From: a virus
Strand: one strand, 5' to 3'
DNA length: 43,927 nt
Virus genome (UHGV): UHGV-1456322
In this document: positions 26,075 through 33,838 of the stretch, one piece after another
Position numbering within the stretch: position 1 is the stretch's first letter
Layout: every line of letters starts with the position of its first letter
The notes under the pieces: model-generated
Database searches by the model: none
Seen by the model: the letters and a program-made list of their open reading frames with translations, nothing else
What the model was told of the DNA's origin: nothing
Position numbers and translations under genes: made by a program

Positions 26075-26945
26075 ACTCCTTATATATTATAGGGATAGCC
26101 ACTAGGGATAGCACTGTGCTGACACTGGCTGTAGCCAATACTAGCCACGTCTAGCCAATACTATCTAATACTACATAAAGCAGAACGTAGTGACGTAACG
26201 TAAGTGAAGGAACGTAGTGATGCGGTGACTATGTAGTTATGGCAGCCTACTACGTAGGCACAGGGCCATACTAGTGAGTGCCTAGTAGGGACTAGTAAGG
26301 ACTAGTATTAAGTAGTGTATATAGTGCCCTAAAACCCTCCTACTCCTGTAACATCATTTCATAATAGCTTTCGAATGAAAGTAAGAGCAAAGGGATAGCG
26401 CTGGATAGTGCGGTGTGGTGGATGTGCGCCCTAGTGGGGAGCGCGCAGCGTAGCACATAATTAGCACAATGTAAAGCACTAAGGATAGCCAGTGGATAGC
26501 CTAGTGCACACTCGGGATAGCACCAGGCATACCCTATGGCCCCACTGCGCGGGCACTAGACAGGCACTAGGCAGACCCACTGAGGCGCACAAAATAAGCA
26601 AGGCAGAGCACGCCCCTATGGCCCACAGAGAGCGCACAGAGAGCGCACAGGAAGCGCCCTAGTGAACGCACAGTGATAGCCATAGGGTAGCACTGGCAAT
26701 AGCCTTAGAGCGCAGCACAGGCCCGCTGAGGCGCTCTAGTGCGCACTAGCAGGCCCCACCAGTGCCCCCCCCCCTAAATTGACGCTAGGCACCCCCCTAT
26801 GGGGGCAATTGGGCGCGTTGAGGGTGAGGGAGGGGCTCGCGTGAGTCTAATAAATTTCAGGTCCAGGTATAGACGCGCACCCCAGCAGCACCCCAGCAGT
26901 GCCCCGGGATACCGTAGAGATACCCCAGGGAAGCTCTAGAGCTAC
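26075..26945. repeat. non-coding repeat-rich region, candidate genome terminus / terminal-repeat region
   Basis: About 870 bp without ORFs; many distinct 2-copy tandem short repeats (AGGGATAGCCACT, TAGCCAATACTA, ACGTAGTGA, GGACTAGTA, GGATAGCC x3, CACAGAGAGCG, CACCCCAGCAG), C10 tract, GC palindromes. Confidence 0.5.
26337..26357 (-). promoter_or_regulatory. candidate phage RNAP promoter copy (GATGTTACAGGAGTAGGAGG)
   Basis: Exact 16-mer shared with 4843-4858 and 36777-36792. Confidence 0.4.
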
Positions 26946-28901
26946 TTAGAGATACACCTCCCAGGCTACCTGGGATACGTCCGCTGCGTTACTGCTCCTA
27001 ATCACGAAGCTGTTTAGGTCCGGATTAGGTGTAGGCACATCCTGGTTCTGAGCTACGCCAGTAACCGTCAAGGCCCCAGCACTAGAGGGAAAGGTCAACC
27101 GCGTCAACTTAACCTCAGACACCCACTTGAAGGAGTTAGCTACGCTGCCAAAGTTTCCGCGTACACGGGCGTTGACTGTAGCCTCACCAGCCACCAGGGT
27201 TGCCACTCCACGGATACCCGTGTCATCCAGTAAGTTCATGGACATGCGCGGGGGCGTAGGTTGAACGGCGTAGCCGCTCAGCAATGCCCAGAACAAGCCG
27301 TGACCGGTCATGTCGTTATTGGACATAGATACCAGGGTAGGGTCAATGCCCATAGTCCCGTGGAAGTACACAGCTCTCCCGGTACCGTCGTAGCGCATGC
27401 TCACGCCATCAATCTCCAGGGATGTCTGCGCTGTCTCAGCTACGTCCTTAGTAACGAAGATGTGAGAGCTGGAGTTGCGGGTGTACCGACCACCCTTAAC
27501 ACGGCCCCCGTTGATTCGCACACCATTCTGGCTACCGTGAGCCTCGCAGTCATAAACGTAGCCACCGCCGTACGAGCAGTTAAAGCCAGAGCGTACGTTG
27601 TCATAAGCTAGGCACTCCCTATAGATAGGGAAGGCTACACCGGTGTTGGAGGCGAACCCGTCCATAGCTGCACGGTAAGCTCGACAGTTCAAGTACTCTA
27701 CCCCGTTAGTGCGCGCTTGGAACCCATCGTCAGCACTGTCGTACGAAACGCATCGAACGAACTTCACACGCTTACCAATGTCATGAGTATCAAACCCAGC
27801 TTGGGTTGTGTTGTAGGCTTCGCAGTTAACGCCTAAGAACTCGATAGGCTCTCCCCACTTGTCCCCGTCTGCGGTGCTCTGCCAGTTCAGAGAGATTGCG
27901 TGGCGTACGTCCATGGCGTGGATATCGTGTACTTCCGTGTCCTCTGAGCAGCCGAGCACTTCTACCCCATACCATCCGATGTTGTAGAAGTACGTACCCT
28001 TAACAGTACTATCTACGCAGTTATTGAACTTGATAGCACTACGCCCTTCTATATCAGAAGCCCCGGGGCGTTTGTTGCCAATAATAACCCCGTCCTGGAT
28101 GTGCAAGTCCGCGGCAAAGTTGGCAGAGATACCGATAGTAAAGAACCGGTTCAAATCGTCGTAGCCGAACTCGTTGATGTACGGGGATACTAAGGTTACG
28201 TTCTCCACCATTGTCGGGATACCTACTTCCGCGGCATCAGACAGGTAGTAGTTATAGTGCAGCGCTTTATCCAGCCGAATACTGGTGACGCCACCGGAGG
28301 TGCTAACCCCAACCACTTTCCTAATCTGGGAAATCTTTACACCGTACGTGTTAGGACCACCATCACACAGCTTGTTAGAGCGAAGATACAAGTACGTACC
28401 TTTTACCGCAGACAAAGCCCCGGCAGCCACCGTAATGACTTTGCTGCCCGCCGCGGCATCCGCTGCTAACGGTACGAACACCGAGGGTGCCGAGCCGATA
28501 ATATTAAGCACTTGACGTGCAACCGCAGCATCCGGTAGGATTCTTCCGGTATCGGTAAACTCTAGCGTAGAGTTGCTTTTGATGTTGAGCACACTCGTGG
28601 CCTGCAGGACCGTGTCCACAACCAGGTGCCTATTAGGTGCGCTCATGAACGTTACTATGCCCGCCCAATTGCTGAACCAGGAGCTGTATGCCGGACCCAC
28701 GAATTTACGGAGTAGATACCCACCAGGTACAGCAAACACAGTTCCGTTATCCACTACCGACGCGGCAGTAGTAAAGGTGAAGTCCCCACCGGCGCTGCCC
28801 AGCAGGCTAATCTTGTCCCGTACCTGAAAGTTTGGATATGCTACCATGCTCGCCAAGTCGGAGAATACCCGCTCTGGAGCTACTAATCTAATTAACGCCA
28901 T
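26946..28901 (-). CDS. tailspike protein, probable polysaccharide depolymerase (beta-helix)
   Basis: 651 aa; no T7 gp17-like N-terminal anchor; repetitive Gly/Asn/Val-rich segments typical of right-handed beta-helix tailspikes; last gene before genome-end region. Confidence 0.8.
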   Translation of the reverse strand: MALIRLVAPERVFSDLASMVAYPNFQVRDKISLLGSAGGDFTFTTAASVVDNGTVFAVPGGYLLRKFVGPAYSSWFSNWAGIVTFMSAPNRHLVVDTVLQATSVLNIKSNSTLEFTDTGRILPDAAVARQVLNIIGSAPSVFVPLAADAAAGSKVITVAAGALSAVKGTYLYLRSNKLCDGGPNTYGVKISQIRKVVGVSTSGGVTSIRLDKALHYNYYLSDAAEVGIPTMVENVTLVSPYINEFGYDDLNRFFTIGISANFAADLHIQDGVIIGNKRPGASDIEGRSAIKFNNCVDSTVKGTYFYNIGWYGVEVLGCSEDTEVHDIHAMDVRHAISLNWQSTADGDKWGEPIEFLGVNCEAYNTTQAGFDTHDIGKRVKFVRCVSYDSADDGFQARTNGVEYLNCRAYRAAMDGFASNTGVAFPIYRECLAYDNVRSGFNCSYGGGYVYDCEAHGSQNGVRINGGRVKGGRYTRNSSSHIFVTKDVAETAQTSLEIDGVSMRYDGTGRAVYFHGTMGIDPTLVSMSNNDMTGHGLFWALLSGYAVQPTPPRMSMNLLDDTGIRGVATLVAGEATVNARVRGNFGSVANSFKWVSEVKLTRLTFPSSAGALTVTGVAQNQDVPTPNPDLNSFVIRSSNAADVSQVAWEVYL

Positions 28902-29510
28902 TTATCCTCCGGTCTTAGTAAGAGCTGCCACTGCAGCATTTACATTCTTATACTGATTCCCAACGGCCTTGCTCTGCCACTGTCTGCGCTCCCATAGGCC
29001 CCAGCACACTTTATTGCGCTGCCCGTTAATATACTGAGAGCAGTCGAAGGTCCAGCGGTTGCTGCCCTTGTACACCCAACCGATGCCCGGGGATTTCTGC
29101 TGATACTTGCTAATATAGCGCCAGTCCAGTACGGCCTTTCCAGCTTCTGCGTAATTCAGGCTTTTGAGGTGCCGCTTCACAGCACTGCCGTTGAAGCCAG
29201 CTACGCCTACGTTATAAATGAAGTCTACAGACCCAACCAGAGCTACGTCAGAGAGCTGCATAGGAAGCCCGTCAAGGGCCTTTGCATGTGCCCCTGCTGA
29301 TTCTATCAGTTGCTTCTGACAATCGCTCAGCGTGGCTCTCTGGCCCATCTTGACGCCCTTTGTCTCCCCGTAGCAGATTGTAGGGACACCGGCACTATCC
29401 TTATAGGCGGTAAGGCTCAATCCCTCGTTGTGCTGAACCACCCCAGTAATAGCACCACCCAGCATAGTGGCCCCCGTGAGGGCCGCAATAACCTTAGTCC
29501 TTAAACTCAT
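28902..29510 (-). CDS. SAR endolysin (GH24 lysozyme with signal-anchor-release domain)
   Basis: 202 aa; N-terminal Gly/Ala-rich weakly hydrophobic segment VIAALTGATMLGGAITGVV; catalytic E-x8-D-x5-T (NEGLSLTAYKDSAGVPT). Confidence 0.85.
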   Translation of the reverse strand: MSLRTKVIAALTGATMLGGAITGVVQHNEGLSLTAYKDSAGVPTICYGETKGVKMGQRATLSDCQKQLIESAGAHAKALDGLPMQLSDVALVGSVDFIYNVGVAGFNGSAVKRHLKSLNYAEAGKAVLDWRYISKYQQKSPGIGWVYKGSNRWTFDCSQYINGQRNKVCWGLWERRQWQSKAVGNQYKNVNAAVAALTKTGG

Positions 29511-29745
29511 ATTTAATAGTCCCCTTACGCGCCTGCTCTTCTAGGAGCTTGAATGTACGTCGCTTGTAATACGCATTCCACGCCAGGGTTAGCACTGCGC
29601 ACACAGTCGCAGTGATGAAGCTGATAGTGCTCCAGTTCCAGCTCATTAACTCTGCCAACCAACCTCCTGATACCGTAGCACCGGTAACTGCTGCACCTGC
29701 CCGGGTAGCGAGGTCTGCTCCAACCATGTCTCCCACCTTAATCAT
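29494..29745 (-). CDS. holin (pinholin-like, two TM segments)
   Basis: 83 aa; weak TM1 then strong TM2 WSTISFITATVCAVLTLAW, charged C-terminus; overlaps endolysin start. Confidence 0.6.
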   Translation of the reverse strand: MIKVGDMVGADLATRAGAAVTGATVSGGWLAELMSWNWSTISFITATVCAVLTLAWNAYYKRRTFKLLEEQARKGTIKYEFKD

Positions 29746-30142
29746 CCTGCTGCCCCTTCTTCCTGAACAGCTTACGAATCACCAGAATGACCACTAGGAA
29801 GACCAGAGGAATGCTGGCCCCAGCTAATCCGGCGAGGATAAGACTGTAACTATCATTGTTAACCACCTGCAGGCGTTCTGCCTGGATTGTCCCGGTGCTA
29901 ATAGTTTGCACCTGCTTCTTACTGGACGTGTCCAAAGTGCCTACGTTAGAATCCTGTACATCAGTTTTGTTGGTGGTGCTGGAGTCCACCTTGTTATTCA
30001 AGCCAACGGTTTGTTTGGTGTTCTCGGCACCAACCTGAGCAGATACATCCGGCTTAGAACCAACTAATCCGGTGAGTGCAGAGGTCGCCGAGCAACCAGT
30101 CAGAGTAACCGCGAGCAGCAACCCAGCGACCAGTTTACGCAT
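29738..30142 (-). CDS. unimolecular spanin (u-spanin)-like lipoprotein with C-terminal TM
   Basis: 134 aa; lipoprotein signal MRKLVAGLLLAVTLTGC (lipobox LTGC), S/T/N/Q/V-rich middle, C-terminal TM plus basic tail; immediately upstream of holin. Confidence 0.55.
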   Translation of the reverse strand: MRKLVAGLLLAVTLTGCSATSALTGLVGSKPDVSAQVGAENTKQTVGLNNKVDSSTTNKTDVQDSNVGTLDTSSKKQVQTISTGTIQAERLQVVNNDSYSLILAGLAGASIPLVFLVVILVIRKLFRKKGQQDD

Positions 30143-30324
30143 TAGCTAGCAGCCTTCACTGCGGCCACCGCGGCTTCAAGCGCAGCAATCTTGGTATCGA
30201 AGGCAGCACCAGTCTGGGCCACGTTCTGCGGCTGCGTAAGGATAGCATACAGGTCCTTACCGAGAATGTTCAGCTGACGCAACAGCTCCTGCTGTTGCGC
30301 TGAGGTTGCTTTTGCAATTGCCAT
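30142..30324 (-). CDS. hypothetical protein (60 aa), predicted helical
   Basis: Minus ORF between terminase module and lysis cassette; AAGGAGAG RBS. Confidence 0.4.
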   Translation of the reverse strand: MAIAKATSAQQQELLRQLNILGKDLYAILTQPQNVAQTGAAFDTKIAALEAAVAAVKAAS

Positions 30325-30335
30325 GTGTACTCTCC

Positions 30336-30710
30336 TTATTCTGCCGCATCAGTGGCGGCTACGAATGCACTCTGCAGTGCAGTGAACGAATCATCAAACG
30401 CTGTACCGGAGCCCTCACCGAGCGGCATACCTGTACCTGTAGGGGCAACGTAGCCGGTCTTAGAGAGCTGTGACAGCATGCTGAACAGGCGCGCCTGCAG
30501 CGTACCGTCATCCTTAAAGGCTGTACCGGCACGGGTAGCCGTATAGCCCTGGGACTGCATGTACGTGAAGAACGCGTTCAGCTTAGTCAGGGCAGTCGTA
30601 CCTACGAAGCCTACGTTGTAGTCCGGCTGCACCTGCTTCTCCAGGTTCTGGCACGTGCCCACAATGGCGTACTGGACGTCCGCAGTTTTAGCTGCGATGA
30701 TTGATGCCAT
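30336..30710 (-). CDS. hypothetical protein (124 aa)
   Basis: Start overlaps terminase large subunit stop. Confidence 0.45.
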   Translation of the reverse strand: MASIIAAKTADVQYAIVGTCQNLEKQVQPDYNVGFVGTTALTKLNAFFTYMQSQGYTATRAGTAFKDDGTLQARLFSMLSQLSKTGYVAPTGTGMPLGEGSGTAFDDSFTALQSAFVAATDAAE

Positions 30711-32566
30711 TATCTTCTTCCTCTATGTTGTTTACCTCTGCCCCGGTTATGTAGCCGAGCAGCTACACCACGAAAGCCCTTAGACACTTTGCTCTGTGCC
30801 CAATCCAGTGGGTTCTCAATGAAGGCCCGAGCCATCTTCTCAGACTCACGCTCCGCCACCACTTTCTCATCTTCCACCAGATGCCCATTCAGCGTAGCCA
30901 CCATCATGGCGATTGCGTCTGCCCGGTCATCCTTCGCAAGGCTACCGCGGTCGTACGTGATACCGGACAACTGCGCGAACGCAGAGTACAGCCAACGCCT
31001 ATCGCGGGAATATGCCATACAGGTACTGATATCGTCGTGAATAGCACGCTCATGCACTACCAGGCGATGGCGACGAGTAACTGGGCTGATTGTGTCGATG
31101 ATACGACGCTCTTTCTGCGTGCAGTTATTCAGGTCCCTTACACCGATACCGGCGAGACGCCGCTCACGTAATCGGTTCAGGATAAGCATAGACACGGTAC
31201 CGTGCCCCATATTGCTCTCCACCACCATATCCGGGATGTCCAACTCTACACACAGGTCAATCAGTTTATCAATGTTCTCTTCGCTGATACCTCCTTGGAA
31301 TCCGCCTACGGAGAATAGGTGAATGTACGAGTTCGCAGCGCCTCCAGCAGCGTAGGACACTTCGTCCCCACCACAACCAGCCGGGTCCACTACCAGTACC
31401 TTATGCTGGTACGGAAGGTGCATATCCCCGTAGAATGCCGGGAAGTACATCTGCTGGCCCATAATCCCTTCATGCTCGTGCTGGTACAGATACCGGCGGT
31501 CCGCGATGTAGGAGAACGTCTCCGGGGAGGAATCCTGGCTGCCAGAGTAAACCAGCACATCCGATAGCTTGATGCGCGTACGCATTTGGTCGGACAGGGT
31601 GGTGTCGAGCATGTACTGCAGCTGGAAGCCTTCCGGACCAAAGTCCAGCTCCTTCTCAATCAGCGCATCCTCGTCATAGCGCCCGGTGTCCGTGCTCTCG
31701 CCTAGCGTCCCGTCGACTCCGAAGCCGGTGCGTTTATAGCCGCGCTCAATAAGCTCCAGGATATAAGGAGCAAGTGTACTTCCATATCGCTCTTCCATTT
31801 CAACAGACGGAACGCGCCCGGGCCACACGCGGACCTCGAAGCCACGTCCCGGCAGGGTTTTATAGATACTGTCCTTGGTCTGTGGTGTACCCAGGTACAG
31901 CGTATCCCCGTGCGTACAGATAGCCGCGAAGTCTTTAGAAATCATCAGCAGCTGCTCACGCTGGGTTTGCGTTAAACCATTCTTGGTGGTCTCGATATCA
32001 TCCGGAATCAGCAGGTCCGCGCGCTTACCCTGCAGGGATGCAGTGATACCTACACAGGCTACGCTGGCGGATTTCTCCAGCGGCTTAAGGTCACAGTGTA
32101 CGTCATAACCTTCGAATGAAGTACGGTCCCCACGAGTAGGATCAGCCTTCAAATAGCACAGCAGCGGCCATGTCTCAATCATACGAATGATTAAGTTCGC
32201 TACGTCGGACGCCTGCTTCTCTGCACCGGACACAATCAGGATACGGCAGGATTGGTCCTGGATGAGCCTCCAGACGGCGTACAGTGCAGCTAGTGTAGAC
32301 TTAGCCTCACCACGCTGCGCGGCCACCATGCGCTTCCGGGGGCCCTTCTGCATGTACTCTGCAATGTCGGCCTGCATGTCCGTGAGCGTAAAGCCCAGGA
32401 ACCGCATACCGATGTACGCGAATTCCCGGAAGTCGCTTAGTGCCGCGGCCATCATCACCGCGATATCCTCGCGCTCCTCTTTGGGAATACTGCGCGGATT
32501 CGCACTATAACCAGTAAGTTTCTGGTTGAGCATGCGCAGTCTTCGCGCAGTCTTCACCGATACCAT
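30710..32566 (-). CDS. terminase large subunit (T7 gp19-like)
   Basis: 618 aa; ATPase P-loop-like RGEAKST, overall pattern of T7-type DNA maturase B as recalled. Confidence 0.9.
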   Translation of the reverse strand: MVSVKTARRLRMLNQKLTGYSANPRSIPKEEREDIAVMMAAALSDFREFAYIGMRFLGFTLTDMQADIAEYMQKGPRKRMVAAQRGEAKSTLAALYAVWRLIQDQSCRILIVSGAEKQASDVANLIIRMIETWPLLCYLKADPTRGDRTSFEGYDVHCDLKPLEKSASVACVGITASLQGKRADLLIPDDIETTKNGLTQTQREQLLMISKDFAAICTHGDTLYLGTPQTKDSIYKTLPGRGFEVRVWPGRVPSVEMEERYGSTLAPYILELIERGYKRTGFGVDGTLGESTDTGRYDEDALIEKELDFGPEGFQLQYMLDTTLSDQMRTRIKLSDVLVYSGSQDSSPETFSYIADRRYLYQHEHEGIMGQQMYFPAFYGDMHLPYQHKVLVVDPAGCGGDEVSYAAGGAANSYIHLFSVGGFQGGISEENIDKLIDLCVELDIPDMVVESNMGHGTVSMLILNRLRERRLAGIGVRDLNNCTQKERRIIDTISPVTRRHRLVVHERAIHDDISTCMAYSRDRRWLYSAFAQLSGITYDRGSLAKDDRADAIAMMVATLNGHLVEDEKVVAERESEKMARAFIENPLDWAQSKVSKGFRGVAARLHNRGRGKQHRGRR

Positions 32567-32868
32567 TAGACAATTCCTTCTAGTAAGTCCTCAGAGTCTG
32601 AACCACCAACTTTATTTAGAATCTCTTGCTTACGCGCCTCTCTGCGCGCCACTAGCTCGTCATCGAATTCGTCACGAAGGTCCTGCATCTCCTCGGAATC
32701 TGCGTCCGCGGTGATGTCGTTATCCTTCAAGAACTTAGCAATGACCGATTTATCTGCTGCGGGGAGCGGCACCTCATCTTCCTTAGACTGCTTGATTTCT
32801 TCAAGCAAGGCCTCGGTGAACATACGGTGCAGCTCCGAGAGGCGACTGCGTTTAGCTGCCCCTGCCAT
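32566..32868 (-). CDS. terminase small subunit (T7 gp18-like), putative
   Basis: 100 aa acidic helical protein immediately upstream of and overlapping terminase large subunit; AGGAG RBS; assignment by synteny. Confidence 0.55.
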   Translation of the reverse strand: MAGAAKRSRLSELHRMFTEALLEEIKQSKEDEVPLPAADKSVIAKFLKDNDITADADSEEMQDLRDEFDDELVARREARKQEILNKVGGSDSEDLLEGIV

Positions 32869-32880
32869 GCTCTTCTCCTA

Positions 32881-33837
32881 TCATGTAGTCAGCACCCCAC
32901 TGGTGCGTAGCGCTGCCAGCAGTGCGTTAAATTTAGCCACTACATCCCCGGTGCCGGTTGCGTTGGATACAGCTGCAGCCTTGTCCAGATACGCCAAATC
33001 TCCCAAAGAGTCGGCTAAGTAATCTAGGGATGCTTGCGTAGCAAAACCGTCCCCCGCAGTTACATCAACCCCCAGCCGAGCGGCTACAATAGTGCCTGCA
33101 GGTAAGGTCTCTGCAAACAGTATGGTATTATCTACAATATCGAAACTGTAGCCACGAATCTGCCCAACCCCGTTAACCTCTACTACAGCCTTAGTGAAGG
33201 CTAAGCCTGGAGTTACTTCGTCCGTATCAGTGGCCAGGACCGTGCTCCACGGGTAGCTTACCGTCTCTACACCGCTTATAAAGGTGTTCTCCAAGGCGGA
33301 GGTACGGGCACTCAGCGCGTCATCTGCTGCCTTCCGTGTAACGGCTTCGGCCTGTACAGCGGATACCCACCCCGAATGCTCTGCGTCAATGCGCTGTCCT
33401 AGTAAGGCATCGGCGGCATCTACATAAGCCTTAGTGGCGGCATCTTGGGCACTGATTGGGTTGGCTAAGTTGGTTATCCGGTACCCGTTCATGCTGATAG
33501 CGCCATAGAATCCGGGTATAGCCCGGCCCTCCACTAGTTCCTGCGCAAGGTGCAGGAACTGCGTGTTTTGGGAGTCTACGTTTACCTCAATGAACGGAGA
33601 ACCACTGGCGAACTCAATGTACAGATACTCTCGCTCTGTCTTACGGATTAGTAGCACAGTAGTGCTTGCCGCTAAGGCCGAATTGAGCCTGATATTAGTA
33701 GAGCTGGTCCAGGTGTACCCAGTGGTTTCCACACCGTCTAGGTATACATGAATATAGGACTTGTCCAAATATTCAATATCGCACTGGATATCCTGGGTAC
33801 CAGCTGGCTTGATTTGTTCTTGCCAGCTGTATGCCAT
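32881..33837 (-). CDS. tail fiber / tailspike adaptor protein with T7 gp17-like N-terminal domain
   Basis: 318 aa; segment GYRITNLANPISAQDAATKAYVD resembles the T7 gp17 N-terminal region (RRIVNLANAVDDRDAVPFGQL) as recalled; too short for a receptor-binding fiber. Confidence 0.75.
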   Translation of the reverse strand: MAYSWQEQIKPAGTQDIQCDIEYLDKSYIHVYLDGVETTGYTWTSSTNIRLNSALAASTTVLLIRKTEREYLYIEFASGSPFIEVNVDSQNTQFLHLAQELVEGRAIPGFYGAISMNGYRITNLANPISAQDAATKAYVDAADALLGQRIDAEHSGWVSAVQAEAVTRKAADDALSARTSALENTFISGVETVSYPWSTVLATDTDEVTPGLAFTKAVVEVNGVGQIRGYSFDIVDNTILFAETLPAGTIVAARLGVDVTAGDGFATQASLDYLADSLGDLAYLDKAAAVSNATGTGDVVAKFNALLAALRTSGVLTT

Positions 33838-33838
33838 A

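Noticed and set aside
26070-26138. N-terminal 23 codons of track ORF 25515..26138
   Set aside because: Extends into the tandem-repeat region without an RBS; the internal ATG has AAGGAG at optimal spacing.
26075-26945. CRISPR array or tRNA in the repeat region
   Set aside because: Repeats are 9-13 bp, mostly two-copy and irregularly spaced with no spacer-repeat periodicity; no cloverleaf-compatible tRNA seen.
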